Shown here: positions 30,158 to 39,850 of the stretch, one piece after another
Layout: every line of letters begins with the position of its first letter
How positions within the stretch are numbered: position 1 is the first letter of the stretch
Assembly (NCBI GenBank): GCA_963713185.1
Contig: CAVQKV010000004.1
Location: forward strand, 163,810-227,809
Direction: 5' to 3'
Origin: an uncultured Actinomycetes bacterium
GTDB taxonomy: Bacteria > Actinomycetota > UBA4738 > HRBIN12
DNA length: 64,000 bases
The notes under the pieces: generated by a model
What the model saw: only the letters and a program-made list of their open reading frames with translations
What the model was told of the DNA's origin: nothing
Database searches by the model: none
Position numbers and translations under genes: made by a program

Positions 30158-32044
30158 CTACCAGGTGACGGTCGGCATCCCGTCGGGATCGGCCTCGGTG
30201 TAGCGCGTCGCCCCGAACCGCGACAGGTCCGTGGCCGCGAGCTCCGCGATGTAGGTGGCCGGGAGCACGGCGGCGAACGACCGATCCTGCAGCCGGTCCC
30301 GACGGATCGCGGCGGGCCGGATATACGGACCGATGTTGTCGCCGTAGCGGTAGTCGGCCAGGAACGCCGCCACGTCCTCGGCGGACAGCCCCGAGTCGGT
30401 GAGCGCCCTCGGGTCCAGGTACACCTCGGACGGCGCGACCATCTGGACCAGGCCGAACACGCTCGTGCCGAACTCGGCGTTCAGGTCCTGCTCGAGCTGG
30501 ATCGGGTCGATGCGCACGCCGCCGCTCGCGTCGATCTCGGGGCACTGGCCGTGGTCGGCCGTCACGATCAGGACGCTCCGGCCGTCGCCGAACCGCTCCG
30601 CGAGCAGATCCGCGATCGCGCCGATCTGGGCGTCGACGGCGCCCAGCACTAGGGCCTGCCGCTCGTCGTCCATGTTGTAGACGTGACCCGCGTAGTCGGG
30701 CGCCTTGAAGTTCAGGTACAGCAGGTCGGTGACCTCGTCCTGGCCGATCGGCTCGGAGTCGAAGGTCGCCCGGATCAGCTCGCCCTGGTAGCGCACCACG
30801 GGCGGGAAGCAGCACATCGCCTTCTTCCCGGTCGGGTCGTAGGCCGACGGCGCGGGCGGGTCGTAGCCCACGGTCAGCTCGTCCAGGCGCTCGAGCCCGG
30901 GGGTGCTGCTCGGGAGCCGGTACAGGTCGGGGTGGTGGGGCTTCCAGCCTCCGCCGCCGTTCTCGTCCCAGAAGACGCCGACCGGCGCATCGCCCATCGG
31001 CCGCCCGCCCCGCCCGAGCATCCCGACGTGCCACACCTGGTACCCGATCTCGCCGACCCACGCGCGGTCCTCGGTCCATGCGGTCCAGCGGTCGGCCAGG
31101 GTGGGTTCGAGCAGGAAGGAGGGGTCGATGTTGCCGGCCTCGCCCCAGGCCTTCACCGGGCCGCCGCCGCGCCGGACGTTGTGGCCCGTGATGCCGTGCG
31201 TCCGGGGGAAGGCGCCGGTGCCGATCGTCGCGTGGGTCGACGCGGTCACCGAGGGGAACGAGCCCGAGATCGCGTTCCGGTAGGTGGCGCCCCCGCGCAT
31301 CAGGCGCTTCATGTTGGGCCAAGCGTCGGGCCAGCGATGCAGGACGTTCCAGCCGCCGCCGTCGACCACGAGCGTCACGATCACCCTCGGCTGCACGGGT
31401 GGCGTCACCGACGGGATCCCGGGGAGCGCCACCCCGTCGGCCGCCCGGTACTCGTCGAACCCCATCAGCCGGGCCGTCGTGGGGGCGAGGTCGGCGAGCG
31501 TGACGCGCTCGGTGTGGTCCTGCGGCTCGATGCGGCCGGGGGACCACACGACGATGGGCACGCGCTCGCCGTACATCCACGTCACGGCGTGGCTCGAACG
31601 AGGGTCGTTCGGCGCGAGCGAGAGTGACTCCTGCGCGTAGTTGGAGCTCGAATACGGCGTCACGAGCAACTGCAGGTCGCCGAGCCGCTCGGCGTTGTAG
31701 GCGCGCGTGACGAGCTCGAGGTATTCGGAGCCGAGGTCCGTCGCCATCGCCTCCAGGGTGGGGCGGGGGTCGGGCCGGGTCAGGCGCCGGACGAGCGCGC
31801 CGGCCGCGGTGCCCGCGGCCACGGCGGCGAAACCGAGACCGCCCATCACGGCGAGGAAGCGACGCCGGCCGGGGTCCTCGGGCACGCGCGCCCGGATCGC
31901 GAACAGGGCGGTCCCCAGGACCAGGACGCCCGCGATGGCACCCCCGATCAGGCTGCCGGTGGCCACGAGCGCGAAGGCGACCACGCCGCCCATGAGCGCG
32001 AGCAGCACGAGGACGCCTCTGGAACGCATCGGTGGTCGAATCAT
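30158..32044 (-). CDS. Alkaline phosphatase superfamily protein (type I phosphodiesterase / nucleotide pyrophosphatase-like), membrane or Tat-exported
   Basis: RRRFLAVMGGLG twin-arginine-like motif after an N-terminal TM helix. LVVDGGGWN, FPSVTASTHATIGTGAFPRTHGITGHN and IVTADHGQ are NPP-type metal-site blocks. The start is uncertain (32044, 32029 or 32107). Confidence 0.75.
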   Translation of the reverse strand: MIRPPMRSRGVLVLLALMGGVVAFALVATGSLIGGAIAGVLVLGTALFAIRARVPEDPGRRRFLAVMGGLGFAAVAAGTAAGALVRRLTRPDPRPTLEAMATDLGSEYLELVTRAYNAERLGDLQLLVTPYSSSNYAQESLSLAPNDPRSSHAVTWMYGERVPIVVWSPGRIEPQDHTERVTLADLAPTTARLMGFDEYRAADGVALPGIPSVTPPVQPRVIVTLVVDGGGWNVLHRWPDAWPNMKRLMRGGATYRNAISGSFPSVTASTHATIGTGAFPRTHGITGHNVRRGGGPVKAWGEAGNIDPSFLLEPTLADRWTAWTEDRAWVGEIGYQVWHVGMLGRGGRPMGDAPVGVFWDENGGGGWKPHHPDLYRLPSSTPGLERLDELTVGYDPPAPSAYDPTGKKAMCCFPPVVRYQGELIRATFDSEPIGQDEVTDLLYLNFKAPDYAGHVYNMDDERQALVLGAVDAQIGAIADLLAERFGDGRSVLIVTADHGQCPEIDASGGVRIDPIQLEQDLNAEFGTSVFGLVQMVAPSEVYLDPRALTDSGLSAEDVAAFLADYRYGDNIGPYIRPAAIRRDRLQDRSFAAVLPATYIAELAATDLSRFGATRYTEADPDGMPTVTW

Positions 32045-32081
32045 CCCAGACGGGGTTCGACCCGGTGCCGAACGGGGTTCG

Positions 32082-33272
32082 CTACGCGCGCTTGCGCTCG
32101 AGGTCAAGGAACGGGAGCTCGACGACCGTCGCCCCCACCTTGCCGCGCTCGCCCTCGACGCTCCACTCGACCGAGACGCGCGCCCCGGGTTCGATCAGCC
32201 GGGGCGGGAGCGAGCCGAAGGCCACCATCTTCTTGATCGTCGGCCCCCACGTGACGCTCGTGGCGCGACCGACTTGCTGCCCGTCCTTGTAGACCGGCAC
32301 CGGGTCCCGGTGCACGGTGGCCGAGACCATCGGCGGGAGGTCGTGCCGGGCGAACAGCCCCTCGATCCCGGACCAGTCCAGGTCCAGCCCGGCCAGCCGT
32401 CGTCCGGGCCCGCCCCGACCGCGTTCGAGCTCGAGCGCGTGCTTGCCGACGAAGGCCGGCTTCGCGAGGTCGACGAACCCGCCCAACCCGATCTCGAACG
32501 GCGAGTAGTGTTGCTCCGGGCTGATCGCGTGACGCGCGCTCGTGTACTCCGCCTCGATCAGGATCAGGCCGGCCTCGACGCGCGCCACGTCGAGCGCCCG
32601 GATGCCGGCGGGACGGATCCCGTGGGGCTCGCCGGCCTCCCAGAGCGCGTCCCACACCTCGGTGGCCGACCCCGAGTCGACCCAGATCTCATAGCCGAGA
32701 TCGCCCGTGTAGCCGGTGCGCGAGACGTAGACGGGGACCCCGGCGATCTCGGATCGCCGGTGGCCGAAGTACCGCAGATCCGACCAGTCCTGTCGGGTGG
32801 CGGCCTCCAGCACGTCGCGCGAGCGAGGCCCCTGGAGCGCGACGGCCGCAACCTGCTCCGAGACGTCGTCGATCCGCACGTCGAGCCCGGCGGCGTTCAT
32901 CGAGAACCACCGGTAACAGGGGTCGGCCGCCGTCCAGAAGAACGCGTCCTCGTCCCGGCGCGCGACGGTGCCGTCGTCGACCACCTTGCCGTCCTCGTTG
33001 CACCACGGCGTGTAGAACACGCGCCCAACGGCGAGCTTGGAGACGTCCCGTGTGATGACGCGGTCGACCAGGCGCGCTGCATCCGGGCCCGAGATCTCGT
33101 ACTTGTAGAGCGGCGTGACGTCGATCAGCGCCGCCTGCTCGCGGATCGCGTTGTACTCGATGTCGTGGTAGTCGGCGTAGACTGCGGCGGCGAAGTAGCC
33201 GGACCACTCACCCCAGGCCATCGTGGAGTTCAGCGCGGATGTCCGCGGGTGGAACGCCGTGCCGACGCTCAC
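32082..33272 (-). CDS. Aminomethyltransferase (GcvT) family protein
   Basis: 396 aa with folate-binding GcvT-family blocks: ALIDVTPLYKYEISGPDA, VALQGPRSRDVL, VSRTGYTGDLGYEIW, RVEAGL. Confidence 0.8.
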   Translation of the reverse strand: MSVGTAFHPRTSALNSTMAWGEWSGYFAAAVYADYHDIEYNAIREQAALIDVTPLYKYEISGPDAARLVDRVITRDVSKLAVGRVFYTPWCNEDGKVVDDGTVARRDEDAFFWTAADPCYRWFSMNAAGLDVRIDDVSEQVAAVALQGPRSRDVLEAATRQDWSDLRYFGHRRSEIAGVPVYVSRTGYTGDLGYEIWVDSGSATEVWDALWEAGEPHGIRPAGIRALDVARVEAGLILIEAEYTSARHAISPEQHYSPFEIGLGGFVDLAKPAFVGKHALELERGRGGPGRRLAGLDLDWSGIEGLFARHDLPPMVSATVHRDPVPVYKDGQQVGRATSVTWGPTIKKMVAFGSLPPRLIEPGARVSVEWSVEGERGKVGATVVELPFLDLERKRA

Positions 33273-33364
33273 GCGTACCTCCTCGGGTCCTCGTCGAGAT
33301 CCCCGTCCGCGCCTAGCCTAGCGGCACCACCGGGGGCGAGGCTGACCTGCGGTTCTGGGCCCTG

Positions 33365-35005
33365 TTGGTCCACCCTCGACCCCGCACCTACGATGACGCC
33401 GTGGCGAGCCGGTACGACGCCGTCATCATCGGAGGTGGGCACAACGGCCTCACGGCGGCCGCGTACCTTGCGCGGGCCGGCCGCCGGGTCCTCGTGCTCG
33501 AGCGCCGCCACGTGCTCGGCGGGGCCGCCGTCACTGAGGAGGTCTACCCGGGGTTCCGCTTCAGCGAGTTCTCCTACGTCGTGTCGCTGCTCCGGCCCGA
33601 GATCATCCGCGAGCTCGAGCTGGCCAAACACGGCCTGGAGATCCTGCCGCTCGACGGCACGATCACTCCGCTCGACGAGGACTCCCTGTGGCGCGTGAAC
33701 GACCACGGCAAGACGATCCGGGAGCTCCGCCGGTGGTCCAAGAGCGACGCCGAGGCCTACGAGGAGTACGGGCTGCTGATGGCGGACATGGCGCGCTTCA
33801 TCAAGCCGATCCTGTCGGTCGTCCCGCCCGACCCCGGCGCGTTCAACCCGTTCGACTGGATGCCGGTGGTCGGCCTCGCCAAGACGTTCCGCGACCTGCC
33901 CGAACGCCTCCAGTCCACGTTCGTGCAGCTCATGACGATGAGCGCCACGGAGTTCCTCCAGCAGTGGTTCGAGACCGACCCGCTCATCGCGACGATGTCC
34001 GCGTCGGGGATCATCGGGACGTTCCAGGGCGTTCGCTCGCCCGGCACGGCGTACGTGCTGCTGCACCACTACATGGGCGAGATCGACGGCGCGTTCCGCG
34101 CGTGGGGCATCCCCCGCGGGGGGACCGGCGGGATCTCGAACGCGATCGCGTCCGCGGCCCGCGCGCTCGGCGCCGAGATCCGCACGGAGTCCCCGGTCGC
34201 GCGGATCGACGTCCGAAACGGCCGAGCGACCGGCGTGGTCCTCGAGTCCGGGGAGGAGATCGCCGCCGGGACGGTCCTGTCCAGCGTGGACTCGCACCTG
34301 ACGTTCCTGCGGCTCGTCGAGCCCTCGCACCTCGAGCCCTCGTTCCTGGAGGAAGTCAAGCGCTTCAAGTTTCGAGGTTCGAGCGGCAAGGTGAACCTCG
34401 CGCTCGACGCGCTCCCCGAGCTCGCGTGCCGGCCGGGCAAGGGGGAGTGGCTGCGCGGCGCGATCAGCTTCTCGCCGGGGGTCGACTACATGGAGCACGC
34501 GTACGACGACGCGAAGTACGGGCGGTTCTCGCGGCGCCCGTACATCGATTGCATCATCCCGACGCTGGTGGACCCGTCGATGGCGCCGCCCGGCAAGCAC
34601 GTGATGTCGTGCTTCGTCCAGTACGCGCCCTACCACCTGTCCGACGGGAGGACCTGGGACGACGCGCAGCGTGATGCGTTCGGCGAGACCGTGCTCGACA
34701 CACTGGAGGAGCGCTTCCCGAACCTGCGGAACCTGATCCTGCATCAGCAGGTGCTCACGCCGCTCGACATCGAGCGGATGATCGGTCTAACCGAGGGCAA
34801 CATCTTCCAGGGTGAGCTCTCACTCGAGCAGCTCTTCTTCAACCGGCCCGTCCCGGGTTGGGCCCGCTACCGGACGCCGATCAAGGACCTGTGGATGTGC
34901 GGCTCGGCCACGCATCCGGGAGGCGGGATCATGGGCGCCCCGGGTCGGATCGCCGCCCTCGAGCTCCTCGGCGCCCGCTCCGGGTCGAAGGGCAGGGTGG
35001 CCTGA
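33365..35005 (+). CDS. NAD(P)/FAD-dependent oxidoreductase, phytoene-desaturase (CrtI)-like
   Basis: YDAVIIGGGHNGLTAAAYLARAGRRVLVLERRHVLGGAA dinucleotide fold. C-terminal MCGSATHPGGGIMGAPG. The start is either TTG 33365 or GTG 33401. Confidence 0.8.
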   Translation: MVHPRPRTYDDAVASRYDAVIIGGGHNGLTAAAYLARAGRRVLVLERRHVLGGAAVTEEVYPGFRFSEFSYVVSLLRPEIIRELELAKHGLEILPLDGTITPLDEDSLWRVNDHGKTIRELRRWSKSDAEAYEEYGLLMADMARFIKPILSVVPPDPGAFNPFDWMPVVGLAKTFRDLPERLQSTFVQLMTMSATEFLQQWFETDPLIATMSASGIIGTFQGVRSPGTAYVLLHHYMGEIDGAFRAWGIPRGGTGGISNAIASAARALGAEIRTESPVARIDVRNGRATGVVLESGEEIAAGTVLSSVDSHLTFLRLVEPSHLEPSFLEEVKRFKFRGSSGKVNLALDALPELACRPGKGEWLRGAISFSPGVDYMEHAYDDAKYGRFSRRPYIDCIIPTLVDPSMAPPGKHVMSCFVQYAPYHLSDGRTWDDAQRDAFGETVLDTLEERFPNLRNLILHQQVLTPLDIERMIGLTEGNIFQGELSLEQLFFNRPVPGWARYRTPIKDLWMCGSATHPGGGIMGAPGRIAALELLGARSGSKGRVA

Positions 35006-36594
35006 TGGCTCGCTACGACGCGGTGATCGTCGGGACGGGTCACAACGGCCTGGTGACCGCCGCGTACCTCGCCAAGGCGGGCCGCTCGGTCCTGGTCCTC
35101 GAACGGCGCGAGCGGATCGGCGGGATCTTGGACACGATCCAGATCGCGCCGGGCGTCGGGGCCCCCGGCATCGTCCACACCGTGGGGCGGCTCCGGAGGT
35201 CGGTGGTCCGCGACCTCGGGCTCGTCAAGCACGGGCTCGTGACGATCGAGCCCGAGGTGCGGGTCTTCGCGCCCCAGCCGGAGGGCCCGCCGCTCACGCT
35301 GTGGGCCGATGCCGGCCGAACGGCGTCGGAGCTCCGCGATCGCTCGGCCGCCGACGCCGAGGCGTACCCGTCCTTCGACAAGAAGGTGCGTTCGCTCGCC
35401 TCGTTCCTGTCGTACCTGCACGCGATCACGCCGCCCGACGTGAAGGAGCCGTCGCTCGCCGACGCCCTGAACGGCGTCAAGCTCGGGAACGCGTTCCGGC
35501 GTCTCGGGCGCAGGCCCGGCCGCGAGGCCACGCGGGCGATCCCGATGGCGATCGCGGACTACGTGGCGGAAACCTTCCAGAGCGACGCGGTCCGCGGCGC
35601 GATCGCCTCCCGGGCCGTCCAGTACACGGCGACGGGCCCGTGGTCGGCCGGCTCGACGGCCGTCCTGCTGGCCGACTCGGCCGGCAACGACGGGGGAGCG
35701 CCGGGGCAGTCGACGATCGCGCGCGGCGGGCCCGGTGCGCTGGCCGAAGCGCTCGCGAACGCGGCCCGCGGATTCGGCGCCGAGATCCGGACCGGCTCCG
35801 AGGTCGTGCAGGTCTCGGTCGAGGACCACCGCGCGACGGGCGTGGTCCTTGCCGACGGCTCCGAGGTGCGTTCGCAGGCCGTCATCACCGCCGCCGACCC
35901 CAAGCGGACCCTCACCACCCTCGTCGACCCGGTCGAGATCGGCCCCCACCTGCGCTGGCGCGCCGCGAACATCCGCACCCCCGGCACCGTGTCGAAGGTC
36001 AACCTCGCGCTCTCGGGACTGCCGGTCTTCGACGGCGCCGAGCCGGAGCGGCTCGCTGGGCGGATCGTGATCGCACCCTCCGTGGACCACCTCGAGCAGG
36101 CGTTCGACGCCTCGAAGTACGGGCGGATCGGGGATGAGCCCTACCTGGAGGCGACGATCCCCACGATCTCGGACCCGACGCTCGCGCCGGAGGGGGCCCA
36201 CGTGATGAGCGTGGTCGCCCAGTGGACGCCGTACGCGCTGCGCGAGGCGGACTGGCCGGCCGAGCGCGACCGCCTCGGCGACCTCGTGGTCAAGGCGATG
36301 GAGCGGTACGCGCCCGGCCTGTCGGACCTCGTGACGGCCCGGCAGGTGATCACGCCCGTCGACCTCGAGACCGACTACGGCCTGTCCGGCGGCCACGTCT
36401 ACCACGCCGAGCCGGGACTCGATCAGTTCTTCGTCTGGCGACCCCTGCTCGGTCACGGCCGCTATCGCCTCGGGCCTCCCGGGTTGTACCTGTGCGGCTC
36501 GGGCGCGCATCCGGGTGGAGGCGTGACGGGTGCGCCGGGGGCCAACGCCGCCCGCGAGATCCTCGCCGATCTGAAGAAGCGCTCCTCGCGGTAG
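35005..36594 (+). CDS. NAD(P)/FAD-dependent oxidoreductase, CrtI-like, tandem paralog
   Basis: The ATG overlaps the upstream stop (TGATG). MARYDAVIVGTGHNGLVTAAYLAKAGRSVLVLERRERIGG...LCGSGAHPGGGVTGAPG. Confidence 0.85.
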   Translation: MARYDAVIVGTGHNGLVTAAYLAKAGRSVLVLERRERIGGILDTIQIAPGVGAPGIVHTVGRLRRSVVRDLGLVKHGLVTIEPEVRVFAPQPEGPPLTLWADAGRTASELRDRSAADAEAYPSFDKKVRSLASFLSYLHAITPPDVKEPSLADALNGVKLGNAFRRLGRRPGREATRAIPMAIADYVAETFQSDAVRGAIASRAVQYTATGPWSAGSTAVLLADSAGNDGGAPGQSTIARGGPGALAEALANAARGFGAEIRTGSEVVQVSVEDHRATGVVLADGSEVRSQAVITAADPKRTLTTLVDPVEIGPHLRWRAANIRTPGTVSKVNLALSGLPVFDGAEPERLAGRIVIAPSVDHLEQAFDASKYGRIGDEPYLEATIPTISDPTLAPEGAHVMSVVAQWTPYALREADWPAERDRLGDLVVKAMERYAPGLSDLVTARQVITPVDLETDYGLSGGHVYHAEPGLDQFFVWRPLLGHGRYRLGPPGLYLCGSGAHPGGGVTGAPGANAAREILADLKKRSSR

Positions 36595-36596
36595 CG

Positions 36597-37451
36597 TCAG
36601 ACGTCGCCGAACCGGAACTCGTTCGACTCGGCCGTCCGCCGGTACCCGATCCGCTCGTAGATCGCGTTGGACGTGGGGTTCGACAGGTCCGTGTACAGGA
36701 AGCAGGAGCGGTACCCCTCGGCGAGGAGCCAGCGGCTCTGCTCGGCGACCAGCGTCGTCGCGTACCCTCGACCGCGCCGCTCGGGCGGCGTGTAGACCAT
36801 CCCGATGCGGATCCCGTTCGGCGTCCGACCGCCGTAGGAGGACACCGACACCTGTTCGCCGTCGTCCTCCCAGAACCAGAAGCCCGCGTGGTCGGAGGCG
36901 AGGCGCGCCTCGATGGTTCGCTCGGCCCGCTCGTGGGTCCCGGCGTCGGGGAGCGCCTCCTGCGCGAACGCCGTCATCCATGCGAGGAGCGTGCTCCGGT
37001 CCTCGGTCCCGGCGACGCGCGATCGTCCCGACGCCCTCGGGACGTCCGCGACGGTCGTCAGGGCATAGACGCCCATCGACAGGATCAACTCGGCGGTTCG
37101 GCCGGTTGCGGCGGCGAGGGTTTCGGCCGCGGCCAGCGCATACGGGGCGTTGCCGACGACACCGGGCACCTCGGGGTCGTCGTTCAGCACCGAGGCGACC
37201 AGGGTCCGGAGCGCCTCGTCCGACGTCGGGTCGCCGAGCACCAGGTTGAAGTCGTCCGTCCGGATCGCCGCGGCCACCGGAAGGTCGCCGTCCCGAACCA
37301 CCCACAGACGGACGACGTCGAAGGCATTCGGTACCCGCACGGCGGTCCCGGCGATCCCGAGCGGGAGCTGGTTGCGGGCCTCGTCGCGCTCGAGCAACGG
37401 ACCGGCCAGGCGCAGGAACACCGACGCGTCGTCGGGACGCAGGACCTCCAT
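36597..37451 (-). CDS. GNAT family N-acetyltransferase (two-lobed, ~284 aa)
   Basis: C-terminal acetyl-CoA motif MVYTPPERRGRGYATTLVAE...YTDLSNPTSNAIYERIGY. Confidence 0.8.
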   Translation of the reverse strand: MEVLRPDDASVFLRLAGPLLERDEARNQLPLGIAGTAVRVPNAFDVVRLWVVRDGDLPVAAAIRTDDFNLVLGDPTSDEALRTLVASVLNDDPEVPGVVGNAPYALAAAETLAAATGRTAELILSMGVYALTTVADVPRASGRSRVAGTEDRSTLLAWMTAFAQEALPDAGTHERAERTIEARLASDHAGFWFWEDDGEQVSVSSYGGRTPNGIRIGMVYTPPERRGRGYATTLVAEQSRWLLAEGYRSCFLYTDLSNPTSNAIYERIGYRRTAESNEFRFGDV

Positions 37452-37471
37452 CGCCCGATGCTAGCGGGGGG

Positions 37472-39546
37472 TCAGTCCGACCACAGGCCGGCGAGGAGCG
37501 CGTCGACGCCGCCCGCGGTCCCGTTCGCGTCCGGTTCGCCCGGCGGGTCGCCGCCTCCGCCGTCGGCGTACGTCGTCTCGAGCGAGAACCTGCCCCGGAC
37601 CTCCGCAGGCAGGAACCGCGTCAGCTGCGCGTACCAGTGACGGTCCTCGTACCCGCGGTTGGACCGGTGGTAGCGGAGCGGGAACGTGACGTGGAGCTCG
37701 TCCCGCGCGCGGGTGAGGGCGACGTACAGGAGCCGGCGCTCCTCCTCGAGCTGCTCGGGGTCGCCGGTCGCCATGTCGGACGGGATCATGCCGTCCGCGG
37801 CGTGGATCACGTGCACCACGTCCCACTCGCCGCCCTTGGCCGAGTGGATCGTCGACAGGACCACGTAGTCCTCGTCCCGGTGCGGCGGTCCCGCCAGATC
37901 GGACGTCGACACCGGTGGGTCGAGCGTGAGGTCGGTGACGAACCGTGCCCGGCTTTCGAACCCCGACGCCGAGCTGTTCGAGCTGCTCGAGATCGCGCAG
38001 CCTCGGCTCGGGTTGGTCGTAGCGGCGTCGGAGCAACGGCTCGAGGAACCGCCGGACGCGTTCGACCTGCGCGGCCGGCGGGGCGCCCTCGACCTCGAGG
38101 TCGCGGAAGGCGCCCCGGAGCCCTTCGAGCTCCGCGCGCGCCGGGCCCGGCACCGCGATCGCCTGTTCGAGGAACCGCGTCATCGGGTCGCCGGGAGCGG
38201 ACACCCCGATCGCCGCCATCACCCGGCGGGCACCGGCCGGTCCCACGTGATCGAGCAGCTGGAGGACGCGGAACCACGACACCTCGTCGCGCGGGTTGTC
38301 CGCGATCCGGAGCACCGCGATCGCGTCCTTCACGTGCGCCGACTCGAGGAACTTCAACCCCCCGTACTTGACGAACGGGATGTTGCGGCGGGTGAGCTCG
38401 ACCTCGAGCAGGTCGCTGTGGTGGCCGGCGCGGAACAGCACGGCCTGCTCACGCAGGAGGGTGCCGCGCTCGCGGTGACCGAGGATCGACCGGCAGACGG
38501 CGTCGGCCTGGTCGCGTTCGTCGATGCAGGTGAGCAGGGACGGGAGCGGTCCGCCCGACCCGCTCGGTCCACAGGGTCTTCTCGTGGCGCTGGGGGCTGA
38601 GCGCGATCACGGCGTTCGTGGCCTCCAGGATCGGGCGCGTCGAACGGTAGTTGCGCTCGAGCTTGATGACCGTCGTCCCGGGGAACCGCGTGGGGAACTC
38701 GAGGATGTTCGCGATGGTCGCGCTCCGGAACGCGTAGATGGCCTGCGCGTCGTCGCCGACCACCATGAGCCCATCGCCGTGCGGCCGCAGCGATGCCAGG
38801 ATGTCGGCCTGGAGCGGGTTCGTGTCCTGGTACTCGTCGACCAGGATGTGGTCGAACCGCTCCGAGATCGCGGGACCCGCGGCGGGGTGACGGCACAGCG
38901 CGTCCCAGAACAGCAGCAGGTCGTCGTAGTCGAGCGCTTGCTGCGCGCGCTTGCGCTCGGTGTAGCGCTCGAAGATCGCGCGGACCGCCTCGCCCTCCTC
39001 GGCGCACCACGGGTACTCGCGCTCGAGCACCGCGGCGAGCTTGATGCGAGCGTTCACGGTGCGCGAGTAGATATCGGCCAGGGTCTCCTTGCGAGGGAAG
39101 CGACGCTCGCCCTCGCCGAGTCCGAGCTCGCCGCGGATCAGATCCATCAGGTCCGCCGTGTCGGTCCGGTCGAGCACCGTGAAGCCGGGGGACAGGCCGA
39201 GCGCCCCGCCGTGCAGCCGAAGCAGGCGGTTCGCCGTCGCGTGGAACGTGCCGCCCCACACGCGTCCGAGCGCGTGGTCTCCGGTCAGGCCCTCCGCACG
39301 CGACAGCATCTCGCGGGCGGCCCGGCGCGTGAAGGTGAGCAGCAGGATCCGCTCGGGCGGGACCCCGTGATCGACCAGGTCCGCCACCCGGCAGGCGAGG
39401 GTCCAGGTCTTGCCCGAACCGGCACCCGCCACGACCAGCAGCGGACCGCCCCGGTGCTCGACGGCGGCCCGTTGCTCGGGGTTCAGGCGTTCGTCGGGGT
39501 CGAACATGCGTTCGAGTAGGATAGGCGCGCGCTCGGACGCGAGCAA
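37472..39546 (-). pseudogene. UvrD/PcrA/Rep-family (SF1) DNA helicase split into three frames (apparent frameshifts near 38557 and 37968)
   Basis: Frame 1 (ORF 38449-39546): NPEQRAAVEH..GPLLVVAGAGSGKT, ILVDEYQDTN, VVGDDAQAIYAFRSA, LERNYRST. Frame 2 (ORF 37461-38441, frame open further upstream): ...TCIDERDQADAVCRSILGHRERGTLLREQAVLFRAGHHSDLLEVELTRRNIPF. Frame 3 (37472-37912): VVLSTIHSAKGGEWDVVHVI...RLLYVALTRARDEL. Confidence 0.85.
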
Positions 39547-39611
39547 GGACCCGGTGCCGCGCGAAGTCTCGCCGTCGGAGCGTTTCCCGCCTTCGTCGGT
39601 ACCATCCCCGC

Positions 39612-39818
39612 ATGTGCCGAAGCATCAAGCGGCTCCGTGAGGGCGACGTTCCGGCGACCGAGGCCGAGATCCGGGAGGCCGCCCTGCAGTTCGTCCGCAA
39701 GGTGAGCGGGTACCGGGCGCCCTCCAAGCGGAACGAGGAGGCCTTCAACGGCGCCGTCGACGAGGTCGCCGAGGCCTCCCGGCGGCTCCTCGAGGCCGTC
39801 ACCCGGCCGACGCCGTAG
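39612..39818 (+). CDS. DUF2277-domain small protein
   Basis: MCRSIKRLREGDVPATEAEIREAALQFVRKVSGYRAPSKRNEEAFNGAVDEV matches the conserved DUF2277 N-terminus (MCRNIK...AALQFVRK.SG). Confidence 0.75.
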   Translation: MCRSIKRLREGDVPATEAEIREAALQFVRKVSGYRAPSKRNEEAFNGAVDEVAEASRRLLEAVTRPTP

Positions 39819-39850
39819 CGCCGCCTTCGCTCGCGTCCGGGTTCCGTAGC

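Noticed and set aside
33273-33364. Glycine riboswitch upstream of the GcvT-family gene
   Set aside because: The 92-nt divergent spacer has no tandem aptamer-like structure and no conserved GGAGAG...ACCG elements. The gene is also not a canonical gcvT in a gcv operon.
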